Shown here piece after piece: positions 33,404-43,825 of a DNA stretch of 64,000 nucleotides. This DNA comes from Carpediemonas membranifera BICM (taxonomy: Eukaryota > Protista > Fornicata): positions 875,781-939,780 of the forward strand of contig JAHDYR010000038.1 of the NCBI GenBank assembly GCA_019828565.1, given 5' to 3'. Under the pieces are notes generated by a model. The model saw only the letters and a list, made by a program, of their open reading frames with translations, was not told the DNA's origin and searched no databases. The stretch's first letter is position 1. Each line of letters starts with the position of its first letter. A program made the translations under genes and the position numbers.

Positions 33404-35263
33404 ATGTTGGATACGTCAATATCTTTCGCAGACTACGTGCTTGCGGTATGTTCATGCTTTCAGTCTAATTTAATATGACACAGACGATATTGCGTATGTT
33501 CTCTGATCTCGGGGACAAGATGCTGCCCCAATTCAAAGAAATCGCTTTGCTCGTGTCCGATGGTGTGCAAGTTCGTCTATTTTCCTAAGTTTACGCAGGC
33601 AGGAATATCTACTGACAGGATGGTTCAGCTGATGGATGTCCGCGGAGCCATTCGCTTTTCTTTTGACGGCCAGCCGGGCCGAGGCGTGGCTTCTTTCCTG
33701 AGTCATGTCCTCACGCTGCTAGGCGAGGATGGTCTCACCACGGAGACAGTATACAACACCTTTGCGTCGCTCGAGATGCTGCTAGAGTCCGGAGTGTTCC
33801 ACCGCCGATCGCCCCTTGGCCGGCTGGTCACACTGAAGATCGCCGCACTCGATGCGACGCCCTTCCATATTCTTGTGCACAAGGTGGAGATGTGGAATGA
33901 CATGGCCTCCGCAGTGGTGGCTGGGGACCTCTCGCCGCTGTCAGTCGAGGTCGAGGCGGACGCCCAGCCTCTGCCCCTTACCACGTCCGTATGCTCGGCC
34001 GAGACACTCCAGAAGCTGAATGCGCTCATCTCCGAGGGCGACTTTGTGGCTGCCGCCGACCACCTGAGCGACCTGTTCAACGTGTCGATCGCGGCGGACC
34101 CCCACTCCATCGGGGTCGGCCTCGTCACCCTCTGCTGCCACTCAGACCACCCCTCCGCGTTCATACAGTCCCTCGCTGTGCAGCTCGAGCGGGACAACCA
34201 GCCCGAGTTGGCCGCCCTCGCCAGTGTCGTGCGGCTGTGCGGAGTCGGAGTCGACTCCAGCCACGAGTCACGGCGGACCGTGTCTGACTCCAACACAGTC
34301 GTCACCGCAGGGCAGGCGGGGTTTCAGACCATTCACGAGGCCGGCCGCGTTGTCCTGTGCGCGCTGACCGGGCCGACTGTGTGGGACGATGACATGGCGT
34401 CGGTCGCGGAGTCCCAGCTCCATGACGCCCTCCTACCTGCTTTCTGGTACAACGTCGGTTCATATCTTATATCTTGCGGTCAAATCTCTGCTGGATCGAC
34501 CCTTATCCGGCACTCAGGCGGCAAGGTCCCCCCCGTCCCGCCGTCCCTGCTCGCGCTGTGCCACCCGACCTGGACCATGACGACCAAGCCCTCGGACCAG
34601 CCCGGTGTCAACCATGCGCTGTGGATCATGGTCGGCCGCGGCTTCTTCGACCTACTCGCCCAGCCCATCGGGCAGGAGCGGGGGGTAGCCGCCCCCAAGA
34701 ACCAGTTCGCCGCCCTGGCCGCCCGCATCGAGGCGAGCGTGCCGACTGTGCTCCACCGCACGGGCCTGGCGAGGTATGCCGAGCCCGACTGCGTCCGGGC
34801 CATCGCCCAGGTCTTCAGGGCCCTCAGCCCCGCCCCAGCCGACCTGATCGCGGCCATCACCGTGGCCAAGGTCACCCCGGGTGCGACCCATGACGGCGCT
34901 GTCCGGACGGTCGGCGGGGCACACCCCTACCTGCTTCTGGGTTTGATGGTTTCATTTCTCACGGTGCAGTGGGCGATCGACATCACCCGCATCCACAACG
35001 CCCTGCACATCCTTCTGCCCATTGCTGATCGTCCAGAACGCTCGATGCCGCAGATGGTCGCCGTGCTGCTGATGAAGAGAATCACACTGGCAGGGTCAGC
35101 GGCGTATCCAAGAGAGATGGGCGATCTCTCGGCGTATCTTGAGATTGACAAGCGGGTGCAGGAGGCGCGGCGGAGCGAGGCGTTCGCCGGTCTCCGCCAG
35201 TCACCGGCGCCCTATGACCTGGCGACAGTGGCGGGCGTGGAGGCGACGACCCAGCTGAGCTGA
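33404..35263 (+). CDS. Anaphase-promoting complex subunit 5-like protein; introns 33446-33483 (38 nt) and 33571-33598 (28 nt)
   Basis: Both GT-AG introns splice in frame from ATG 33404. HRRSPLGRLV...LDATPF and GDFVAAADHLSDLF resemble Apc5 blocks. The family call is tentative. Confidence 0.55.
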
Positions 35264-35435
35264 GCATGAGGCTGTGTTCATTGTCCGGACGGGCGATCTT
35301 TAAAGATCTCGCCTGAGATTGTGACATCTTGATATTGTGACACGGCATATCGACTCACCGTGTTGTATGGCTTGGCTGTGGCAGCGTTTGTCTGCGGAGC
35401 TCGTGGTCGCCGAGTCGCGTAAGTCCGAATGAGAA

Positions 35436-37100
35436 ATGACAATTGACGATACAAACTTAGACGCCAAGATCTTGCTTACGGAGGCATATCGCCTTGCATT
35501 GATCTTCACTACGTGCATTCCCGGCGACGTGCCGGGGCATGTTCATCATGCTTACCAAAGACAGCTCAATGAACGCTTACCGAAGCGCATACGGTCGCGT
35601 AGACTCTTTCATGATATTCTTCTTGGAGATGTTACAACTGATACTGCTAGCGACGAAGGACTCGATGCCCTTCATCAAATTCTCTCACAGATTCCCCCTC
35701 TCAAACCATCCGCGCAAGTAATCCTCGACCGCGCCCGCTCAATCCTCGCCAGCAGCCCCCCGCTGTCCATGAACGTCGAGCTCACAGATGGCGAGGAGCT
35801 CCCGGTCGCCCTGCACACCCTGCTCCAGGGCACGCTGTGGGCCTGTCTTATGGGTGGCGGGGCCAACCCCGACCTCGAGGACAGGATGGTGGAGTGTCGA
35901 TCATGGCTATTCAATCCCAATATACATAACAATCATCGATGCATCCGTAACACTCTCGCCCCCGAGGCCAAGTATCTCTGGTTCCTCTGCAAGAAGTTCT
36001 TCTTCACCATGAACGTCGCCACGAAGGATGGCGAGAGCTATCAGTACAGTCAATACCACTATTTCTACCACCACTGCATGTACATGGGCCGACTCTTCAT
36101 GCTCCACATCGTCGACGATGGCGACAGCGATTTCGCCTTCAACAGGGCCACAATGCCCAGGGCCCTCGAGGTCTACAGCGACGAGATCACCCACATCGCC
36201 AAAACTCCCAAGGGCCTGTGGGGCTGGGGGGATAACAGACTTAGTCAGCTGGGGTTCGAGTCATCTGACTTCGCCGACCCGACCCGCCTCACCTTCCCCG
36301 CCTGCCCCAAGATCGCCGCGCTCGAGACCAGCCTGCCCCCCTGGGAGAAGCACAGGATGGTTACCGAGGCGTCTATACAGGGCAAACAGACGTTCATACT
36401 CACCCCGGTCGGCACTGTCATGGCTGGTGCGAGGTCAACGGCAGCGCGATTCGTCGGCACAGTCGAGGAGGAGAATAGATTCCTCTTCAACCCAGTCGCC
36501 GTGCCACATGACTTTGTCCCAGATCACATCATGCATGATAACTGGACCGTCATCCTCTTCATGGGCGATCGGCAGATGATTAACGGTTACAACCATCATG
36601 GCCAGCTGGGACTCGGGCACTTGGATGATTTGATTGGCTTTGTCGACCTGCCCTTCCGTGTCGACGGGGTTGTGGTTAAGGAGTCCGATTTCACCGTCTT
36701 CCTCAGCGGCGATCAGCTGCTCTTTGCCGGCTTGGTCCCACAGTCGATTCCCCTGCTCGGTTTGCTGCCAGGCTCCGTGTGGAATTACCGATGCAGCCTC
36801 ACGCCTCTCAAATTCCCGACGAGGGTCAAGGGCTGGGGGTATACCCGCAACTGGAACGGTGTCGTCTGGGTTGGCGACGGCGTCACACACTGCTGCAAGG
36901 GCAATGGCATTGTGCTCAACCTTGACTTCGAGGCGACATCATTCGACCCGGCCTGTCGGTCCTTCTGCAATCGGGCCGGCCAGTGGTTCGACTTTTACTG
37001 GGATGACGCGAAAGCGCGGCCGGTGAAGAGCAGTGTGCCTCGCTGCCCGCATGACGTGGTCGAGATCATCCCGGTCGACGTCGCACCCAACCCGCAGTAA
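35436..37100 (+). CDS. Lineage-specific RCC1-like repeat protein (paralog of 28662-30308)
   Basis: LWGWGDNRLSQLG and GYNHHGQLGLGH, plus shared family blocks. Confidence 0.78.
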   Translation: MTIDDTNLDAKILLTEAYRLALIFTTCIPGDVPGHVHHAYQRQLNERLPKRIRSRRLFHDILLGDVTTDTASDEGLDALHQILSQIPPLKPSAQVILDRARSILASSPPLSMNVELTDGEELPVALHTLLQGTLWACLMGGGANPDLEDRMVECRSWLFNPNIHNNHRCIRNTLAPEAKYLWFLCKKFFFTMNVATKDGESYQYSQYHYFYHHCMYMGRLFMLHIVDDGDSDFAFNRATMPRALEVYSDEITHIAKTPKGLWGWGDNRLSQLGFESSDFADPTRLTFPACPKIAALETSLPPWEKHRMVTEASIQGKQTFILTPVGTVMAGARSTAARFVGTVEEENRFLFNPVAVPHDFVPDHIMHDNWTVILFMGDRQMINGYNHHGQLGLGHLDDLIGFVDLPFRVDGVVVKESDFTVFLSGDQLLFAGLVPQSIPLLGLLPGSVWNYRCSLTPLKFPTRVKGWGYTRNWNGVVWVGDGVTHCCKGNGIVLNLDFEATSFDPACRSFCNRAGQWFDFYWDDAKARPVKSSVPRCPHDVVEIIPVDVAPNPQ

Positions 37101-37134
37101 AATGGAGCACCAAGCCTCACGGTTCAAAGATTCT

Positions 37135-38049
37135 TTACTGTTGCAATTGCTTGATGATCAAGCCCACGTAGCCAGCGACCTGGTCCGTGATCTCCTTGCC
37201 GGCCTTGGTCTCGAGCGAGTGCTTGGTGAAGTTCACACGATCCCCGGTACAGAATGTGAAGCTCGTGTGGCTCGAGCCCCAGGAGAGGATGTCGTTGTAC
37301 GAGTAGAACCCGTTGCCGTCCATCGTCGGGTAGTTGAGGATGTGGATGCCCTTGGACGAGACGCCGATGAACACCCGCTGCCCGATGCGGCGGGTGCCGG
37401 CGGACACGTACTTGCAGGGGTAGGTGGTGATGCCGTACACGGGCAGGGTCCGCGCGAGGTCGAGGAACTTGCTCTGGGCCTCGGTGTCGCTCAGACCCTT
37501 GTGCTTCTGGTGCTCCTCGTAGATGGCGTCCTCCCAGTCGGGGACGCGCTTGGACTTCAGGATACTAGCGGGGATGAACTCGGCGATGTTCTTCTCGAGG
37601 AAGCCAAGGACGTGGCGGTTGGCGTTGTGGTCCCCATACGTCGCCTGCATGCTAAGTCCGGCGAACTGGATCGCCTGCTCGGGTGACACGTAGAGCCGGC
37701 CAGTCAGGATGTCGTCGCGCGCCTGGATGAAGAGGAGGTAGACAGTGGCCTCATCCTTGGCGGTCTCGTTTGGCGCCATCAGGAAGAGACGCTTGAAGAG
37801 GAACTTGGCCTCGTCCTTTTTGCCGTTCCACTCGCTCATCACGTCAAAGGGCTTGGCTTCCGCCACAAGGGACTTCACCAACGCCCCGTTGTTCCTGGAC
37901 TCGCATATGCAGTATTGGTCGAGGTCAGAGACAATTTCCAACTTCTCGGCGAGAATCTCAACCAGTTCACGGGCGGATAGATCCTTGTCGATAACAATAG
38001 TCTTTGCGGACCCATCAACAAGCGCTACCTGGACGAAAGACTTGGACAT
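37135..38049 (-). CDS. Stand-alone FERM-domain protein
   Basis: Ubiquitin-like F1 (DGSAKTI), F2 LLFIQARDDILTG...AIQFAGLSMQATYGD, F3 LPVYGITTY...IGVSSKGI...ILSW. Confidence 0.88.
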   Translation of the reverse strand: MSKSFVQVALVDGSAKTIVIDKDLSARELVEILAEKLEIVSDLDQYCICESRNNGALVKSLVAEAKPFDVMSEWNGKKDEAKFLFKRLFLMAPNETAKDEATVYLLFIQARDDILTGRLYVSPEQAIQFAGLSMQATYGDHNANRHVLGFLEKNIAEFIPASILKSKRVPDWEDAIYEEHQKHKGLSDTEAQSKFLDLARTLPVYGITTYPCKYVSAGTRRIGQRVFIGVSSKGIHILNYPTMDGNGFYSYNDILSWGSSHTSFTFCTGDRVNFTKHSLETKAGKEITDQVAGYVGLIIKQLQQ

Positions 38050-38312
38050 GTGTGTTGTGGGAGAATCGGTCGTTTGCTCCGAAGTCGGCGACTGCAACCC
38101 AACTGCACCCAGTCATTATTCTGTCAACCATGACACGCTGCACCAACATTGACATCCGGCCGAGGCAGAGGCGAGACGTAGGAATATGGCGACCGTGGAG
38201 ATGTTCGAGGGCAACTGTTGGCTGTCTCTTTGAGACGATTAAGTCGAGATCGGGGCAATGATAAGAGCCTTCGCCGGCCGTTAGTGTGCACTCAGTCTGC
38301 ACCGCACGGCAT

Positions 38313-39713
38313 TTACAGCGCTAGAAGGGACTCCTTCACCCGCTCGCACAGGTCCTCGGCCTCCTCCGTCGACCGGGCCTCCGCGATCACCCGGAGGATC
38401 GGCTCCGTGTTCGACTTCCGGACGTGTACCCAGTGGTGGTCACCCTTGAGCTTGACCCCGTCCAGAGTCGACACAGTCGGCTTACTCTGCCCCGGGATGA
38501 GGTCGAGACCCCTCGCCTTCTCCAGGACAGCATCTGCGTCGAGGTTACCCAGGGGGACCTTGTGCTTGACTATTGCGAAGTGCGGCATGGCCCCGATCCT
38601 TCCCGACATGGTCCCCCCACCGACAGCCAGCCAGGCTAGGGCGAGGGTAGCAGCGACGGGGGCGTCACGGCCTATGTGGAGGTCCGGCAGCATCACACCG
38701 CCGTTTCCCTCACCGCCAATGACTGCACCGCAGCCCCGCATCGCGAGGGCGACGTTGATCTCGCCCACGGCGGCCTCGACCATCGTGCACCCGTTGTGGG
38801 CGGTGAACACGTCGGTCATCATCGAGGACGACAGGTTCTTGACGACACAGCCCTTCCTGCCGACATGGGTCAGGATGTAGTCGACGGCAATGGCGAGGGT
38901 GAACTCCTCGCCGAAGCACACGCCCCGCTCATCGATCAACACGCACCGGTCCACGTCCGGGTCGACCGCGATGCCGAGGTCCGCGTCACTCTGCTCCACG
39001 AACTTGCAGAACTCGGCGAGGTTGGCCGCGGTGGGCTCTGGGTCGCGGGGGAAGAGGCCGCTGGTCTCGAGGTTCTGGCCCAGTACCGTGGCGCCGAGCT
39101 GCTCGAGCAGCGTTCTCATGATGGGGCCGCCTGCGCCACACACAGTGTCGAGGGCGACGGTGAAGTGGCGCCCCTTGATGTCTTCCACCGGCACGACCGG
39201 GAGGCGAAGGAGATCGTCGACATGCTGCTGAGCGGCGTCGTCAATGAGGATGACATGGCCCTCATGGGTGGTGTTGACGCTCCGGGGGGCGTCATCCTTG
39301 AAGATCTCGGCACAGGCGTCGGGCGAGAGGAAGAGGCTGTCCGGTCCCACAAACTTCAGCCCGTTCCACTGCTTGGGGTTATGGCTGCTCGTGATGACGA
39401 TTCCCCCAGCCAGTGAGTGCTTCTTCACCATATACTGCACTGTCGGGGTCGGTACGATGCCAATGTCCCACACCGTCCAGCCCTGGGCCGTGAGCAGCTT
39501 GTGCACAGTGGCCGAGATCTCGGGTCCGCTCACACGGGAATCTCGTCCACAGACGATGATGCGTTTCACCTCAGCGCTGTGGTTCTCGTGAATAAAGGCA
39601 CCGAACGCTCCAGCATAGCGCTCGACGACGCCAGTTGTGAGGCTCTTGTCAGCAATGCCTCTGATACCACTAATAGTAACCATTAGAGGGTAAGTATTGT
39701 CTTGTTCTGCCAT
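38313..39713 (-). CDS. Phosphohexomutase (phosphoglucosamine mutase / phosphomannomutase), bacterial-type
   Basis: ISGIRG, TSSHNPKQWNGLKF, DPDVDR, GGEGNGGV, RKSNTEPILRV. Confidence 0.92.
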   Translation of the reverse strand: MAEQDNTYPLMVTISGIRGIADKSLTTGVVERYAGAFGAFIHENHSAEVKRIIVCGRDSRVSGPEISATVHKLLTAQGWTVWDIGIVPTPTVQYMVKKHSLAGGIVITSSHNPKQWNGLKFVGPDSLFLSPDACAEIFKDDAPRSVNTTHEGHVILIDDAAQQHVDDLLRLPVVPVEDIKGRHFTVALDTVCGAGGPIMRTLLEQLGATVLGQNLETSGLFPRDPEPTAANLAEFCKFVEQSDADLGIAVDPDVDRCVLIDERGVCFGEEFTLAIAVDYILTHVGRKGCVVKNLSSSMMTDVFTAHNGCTMVEAAVGEINVALAMRGCGAVIGGEGNGGVMLPDLHIGRDAPVAATLALAWLAVGGGTMSGRIGAMPHFAIVKHKVPLGNLDADAVLEKARGLDLIPGQSKPTVSTLDGVKLKGDHHWVHVRKSNTEPILRVIAEARSTEEAEDLCERVKESLLAL

Positions 39714-39829
39714 TTCGTTTGTTGCTTCTGATTGTCATTGCCGGATCCTCGCAGGATCTACCCGATTAGGCTCAAGGCAGTGCAGTGATTTAATCATAGT
39801 ATTACAGTTATGGTACAGTGCGGCCCAGT

Positions 39830-40351
39830 TTAGCGCTCGAATCCGTGCCCCACGCGGTAGGGCCCGCTGGGGGTGTAGCCCGAGACCCTGGGCGGCGGGG
39901 GCTGCCGCATAGGCATCAAGGCCATCCGGTCAGCGATGCCCAGCGCCTCCTGCAACCCCTTCGCGATCATCTCGCGGGGTGACCCGTGTGCAGGCGTCTG
40001 AGAAGGGGGCGGCTGCGACAGTGGAGCGGGCATGGGCGCCGGGTCTGTGTAGCAACGAGTGTGAGTAGGGGAGCGGTACTTGTCCCAGTTAAGCTCGGAG
40101 GCGGTGCGGGTGAGCTGGGCCACTGGGGTGTTGGTTTCAGAGGCGGACGAGAAGATTGTTGCCAGCGACTCAGTGGCGCTTTCAACTAGATCAGCAACCT
40201 CGTGCTCTAGCTGCACGATCTCGCGCATCCTAGTGGCGAGCTCGTCCTTTGTCCGCAGCTGTGAGGGCGAGGAGAACTCGATCGGGGACTTGCGGACAGG
40301 ACCGGCCTCAAGAGAGAGTGGCGAGTGAATTCGAAGTGAGAAATGCGACAT
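39830..40351 (-). CDS. Hypothetical protein
   Basis: ORF filling the gap between known genes; no motif recognised. Confidence 0.5.
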   Translation of the reverse strand: MSHFSLRIHSPLSLEAGPVRKSPIEFSSPSQLRTKDELATRMREIVQLEHEVADLVESATESLATIFSSASETNTPVAQLTRTASELNWDKYRSPTHTRCYTDPAPMPAPLSQPPPSQTPAHGSPREMIAKGLQEALGIADRMALMPMRQPPPPRVSGYTPSGPYRVGHGFER

Positions 40352-40582
40352 TAGAGAGAGAAAAAGTGCTGGCCGAATGCGGCCGTATTGTGGTCTCTTA
40401 GCCTGCGATGTAGGGAATGGGTGATGGAGAGAGCGATCTGCGCCGCCAAGACAGAGTAACCGGGATAATGACCTTCGGGCTGCCGACCTTCCCAACAGGC
40501 ATTGCCACTATCAGCCTGTGTGTCAAATCGACCGGAGTTCTTTACAACGGCGCGTAGCCACACATCAATATATACATCCCCT

Positions 40583-41014
40583 CTACAGAATATCGAACGC
40601 GCTGTCGGTGGTCTTGGCGAAAGTCTTCATGCCAGCCTCCACGGACTTGAAGATGGGTAGCCTGAAGAACGGACCCACATAGGGCGCATTCCTGAGTACC
40701 ATGAGGGCCATGCTAGCGAACGGGCCGAACAGGTTGAGGGCGCCGAAGACCTCAACCATGAATCCAATGAAGGGCCACCTGACCAGGATGAGGAGGATCC
40801 CAAGGAAGAAGCAGGTGGTCCCAACAACCTTGGACCGCTTAAAAAAGAACTTTGCAGTCTTTTGAAGGCCCAATATCAGCGGGACACCGCAAATAAAGAG
40901 GAAATTGCCAATCACAAGGAAGCCACGGTCAAAAAGCATCAGTACTGCGAGAAAGCAGAAGAACGCGCCAAACACGCAGAACCCAAGGCCAATTCTCTGG
41001 TTATCGTTGAACAT
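40583..41014 (-). CDS. GOT1: Got1/GOLT1 vesicle transport protein
   Basis: NQRIGLG...LFDRGFLVIGNFLF...FFLGILLIL..WP.IG...E.FG...LF. Confidence 0.93.
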   Translation of the reverse strand: MFNDNQRIGLGFCVFGAFFCFLAVLMLFDRGFLVIGNFLFICGVPLILGLQKTAKFFFKRSKVVGTTCFFLGILLILVRWPFIGFMVEVFGALNLFGPFASMALMVLRNAPYVGPFFRLPIFKSVEAGMKTFAKTTDSAFDIL

Positions 41015-41209
41015 TGTTGGTTTCCTTCACCCTGATGACGAGTGCTGACGGAGCACTTTATGCGAAATGATCAGGTCGGCCCGCATGACCGAATGGGGCC
41101 TGGTTAGCGTCTTGGCAGGCGTTATCCGTCGTTTCGGCCGGCGTACTGTAGACAGTTGGAAAAAATTCGTTACACATTGTCACCGGGTACGCAACGGCTG
41201 GTAGATCGG

Positions 41210-43621
41210 ATGGACCAGCTTATTTCCCTGCCCAACCCCCTCAGCTATTGTACAGATGCGGATGGGACACTTCTTAACGCCGACGCCTTCGAGGTACGCG
41301 CCATGGAGGTCCCCGTACGTCAGCCATCCCTCTTCCGTCAGTGGAAGGCCATTGACGGTGGTAACGCTACCGCGAGACACATTAGACCAACTATTGCTGG
41401 ATTTCCCGAGCGCCAGAACATCTGCAAGTCGACAGATCTGCCCTTTGGGTTCCACTGGCGCCCGGTCGCCAACACCTACCCGGACGAGAGCCCCGTGGTC
41501 CAGATCGCATGCCCTAACGACGGGCCGCCCCGCTGTGCTCGCTGCAGGGCCTATCTTTCGCCGTTTGTGGAGGCGAACCCGAACGGCAAAGATGGTCAAT
41601 GCCCCTTCTGCACCATGACGAACCCCATCCCCCCGCCGGTGGACGCTCTCAACGCGGCCCTGGACATGCGGGCGGGGCGACCCGAGCTGATGTACGGGAC
41701 CTACGAGTACGTGGTCGGCATAGACCCCCGCCACTTGCCCCCGGACTGCCCCTTCGGCCAGATGACAGTCGAGGAGGAGCCCAAGCCCCAGGGCGTCGTC
41801 ATGGGCTCGGATAAGGAGCCGTCACTGCCAACTGTGGTTGCGGTGGTCATCGAGGCGACCGCGGCCACCCTCCAGTCGGGCATATTCAACGCGGCCGTGG
41901 AGGGCGTGAGGGCCGCCCTGAAGAGCCCCAACCCGCACACCCGCCTAGTCTTCTTCCTGGCCGCCGAGTCCGTGAAGGTGCTGGATATCCGGCCGAGTGG
42001 GGCCCTGACGATCGTCGACATCCCCGACGCCGACAACCCCTTCTCCCCCCTCCCCGTCGAGACCGCCGCTATCCCTATGACCGAGGGCGCCAGGATCATT
42101 GAGGCGCTGGAGACGGCCGGCAAGGTGCTCAAGGGGACCCGGGCCGCCTCCCCCAACACCATGGGCGCCGTCGGGGTCGCGTGCGAGATGATCAAGGAGG
42201 TGGGCGGCCGTGTTGTCGCCCTCGTCGCCCACCGCCCCTCCACGGGTGCGGCGGCCCTCAAGGCCCGTCCGAGCACCGAGCCCGGGAAGGACGACCACAA
42301 GCTGCTGCAGCCCGCCGAGAAGGCGAAGTGGTACACCGACACGCGGGACAAGTGCAGAAAGCACAACGTGTCGGTCGACGTCATCGCACTCGGCCCCGAG
42401 CCGGTCGACCTGGCGACGATCGACGTCCTGGCGACCGGCACCGGGGGGCAGGTGACGTTCATCCACCACCGGCACCACGCGGCCAACGCCACGGGCCGGG
42501 TCACGGCCGCGGTGAAGGACGCCCTGCTGACGGAGCACGCTCGGGCGGTGATGATGAAGGTGCGGTGCTCGCGGGGCCTGGCGCTGGGCAACTGGTACTC
42601 CCCGCAGACCCACGGGGACCACGAGAAGTTCGCCCCCGCCGTCGCCCCCCACAATACGATGACGTTCGACCTGCTCTGGGAGGACAAGGTGATCTCGGGC
42701 AACTTCGCATTCCTCCAGGCCGCTGCGGCGTACACTGCCGTCGACGGGACCCGCCGTCTCCGCGTGAGCACCCTCCGCATGCCGGTCCTCCGGGACCAGC
42801 TCCGCGTGTACAAGGCGGTCGACGATGTCGCCACTGCGCTGCTCCGCGTGCGGTCGGTGACTCCCCGCATCCAGCTCGAGGGCGTCCATGCCGTGCGGAA
42901 GGAGCTTGGCGGGGCCATCGTCAACCCGCTCGCGCACTACCGCATGACGGAGGTCGACGCCACGAATCGGGCGCTGACGATGCCCGAGTCGCTCTCTCTG
43001 CTGCCGCTCATGTACTACGTGCTCGGAAAGAACCCCGCCCTGCACCCCCGCCGCGACCCCACCGAGGGCGGCTCCATCACGGCCGACGAGCGGCTAGCGG
43101 CCATCCGGGAGCTGCAGACGTGCAGTGCCGAGCGGGCAGCGATGCGGGGCTACCCCCTGGCGGTGATGCTCGACGGGGAGGAGCTCGCCCCGATCCGCCT
43201 CAACACGCTGATCCACACCGACCTCACCAGACATGTCCTGCTGCTCATCGACGGCCGCGACGCCTGGGTGCGCATCGGCCGTGAGGCTGTCCGTAACCCC
43301 TGGCTCACGGAAGTCTTCGCCACCGGGCTCGACCAGGCGAGCCAGCAGCGGACGATCCTCGAGGGCCCGCTGGTGCTGAGGGACACGGCGGCCGCCGAGC
43401 TGGTGCAGGCGACCATCGACCACCTCCGGGCCTTCATCGCCACAGACGGGCCAACGTTCGCCGCGCCGGGCGTCATCTGGGAGGCGAACTCCGAGGACTG
43501 GCGGATCAAGTGGCTCATGGCGGAGGACAAGACCCGCATCGACCAGACGTACGGCGAGTTCCTCTCGACGTGCCACAAGACCATCCTCACCAAGACGGAG
43601 AACTCAGAGTCCCTCCACTAG
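41210..43621 (+). CDS. SEC24: COPII coat protein Sec24 family
   Basis: LPFG..WRP, Zn finger PPRCARCRAYLSPF...CPFC, RPELMYGTYEY, trunk VDLATI...TGGQV, RRLRVST, PESLSLLPL, EDK...Y.EFL. Confidence 0.92.
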   Translation: MDQLISLPNPLSYCTDADGTLLNADAFEVRAMEVPVRQPSLFRQWKAIDGGNATARHIRPTIAGFPERQNICKSTDLPFGFHWRPVANTYPDESPVVQIACPNDGPPRCARCRAYLSPFVEANPNGKDGQCPFCTMTNPIPPPVDALNAALDMRAGRPELMYGTYEYVVGIDPRHLPPDCPFGQMTVEEEPKPQGVVMGSDKEPSLPTVVAVVIEATAATLQSGIFNAAVEGVRAALKSPNPHTRLVFFLAAESVKVLDIRPSGALTIVDIPDADNPFSPLPVETAAIPMTEGARIIEALETAGKVLKGTRAASPNTMGAVGVACEMIKEVGGRVVALVAHRPSTGAAALKARPSTEPGKDDHKLLQPAEKAKWYTDTRDKCRKHNVSVDVIALGPEPVDLATIDVLATGTGGQVTFIHHRHHAANATGRVTAAVKDALLTEHARAVMMKVRCSRGLALGNWYSPQTHGDHEKFAPAVAPHNTMTFDLLWEDKVISGNFAFLQAAAAYTAVDGTRRLRVSTLRMPVLRDQLRVYKAVDDVATALLRVRSVTPRIQLEGVHAVRKELGGAIVNPLAHYRMTEVDATNRALTMPESLSLLPLMYYVLGKNPALHPRRDPTEGGSITADERLAAIRELQTCSAERAAMRGYPLAVMLDGEELAPIRLNTLIHTDLTRHVLLLIDGRDAWVRIGREAVRNPWLTEVFATGLDQASQQRTILEGPLVLRDTAAAELVQATIDHLRAFIATDGPTFAAPGVIWEANSEDWRIKWLMAEDKTRIDQTYGEFLSTCHKTILTKTENSESLH

Positions 43622-43734
43622 GGTATTGTAAAGTCAGAATTCGTACCGGGCGGTTACTACTGCCACGGCGGCCTTCAGGTATCGAAGTCAATGAGTCTGA
43701 AGTATCATAGAGTGCACAGTGCAAGCACTGCGTC

Positions 43735-43825
43735 TCTCCACTTCAATTAGCTTGCCCGGAGGCGAAGACTGGCGGCTGGTTAGCCGTAATTGGTGTATTG
43801 GGGTTATAGTTGGGAAGACGGGCTG
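43735..43825 (-). ncRNA. Candidate omega-RNA scaffold overlapping the 3' end of Fanzor 1
   Basis: CAATTA[CGGCT-AACC-AGCCG]...[GCC-TCCG-GGC]...TAATTG; same architecture as copy 2 with compensatory changes. Boundaries approximate. Confidence 0.6.
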
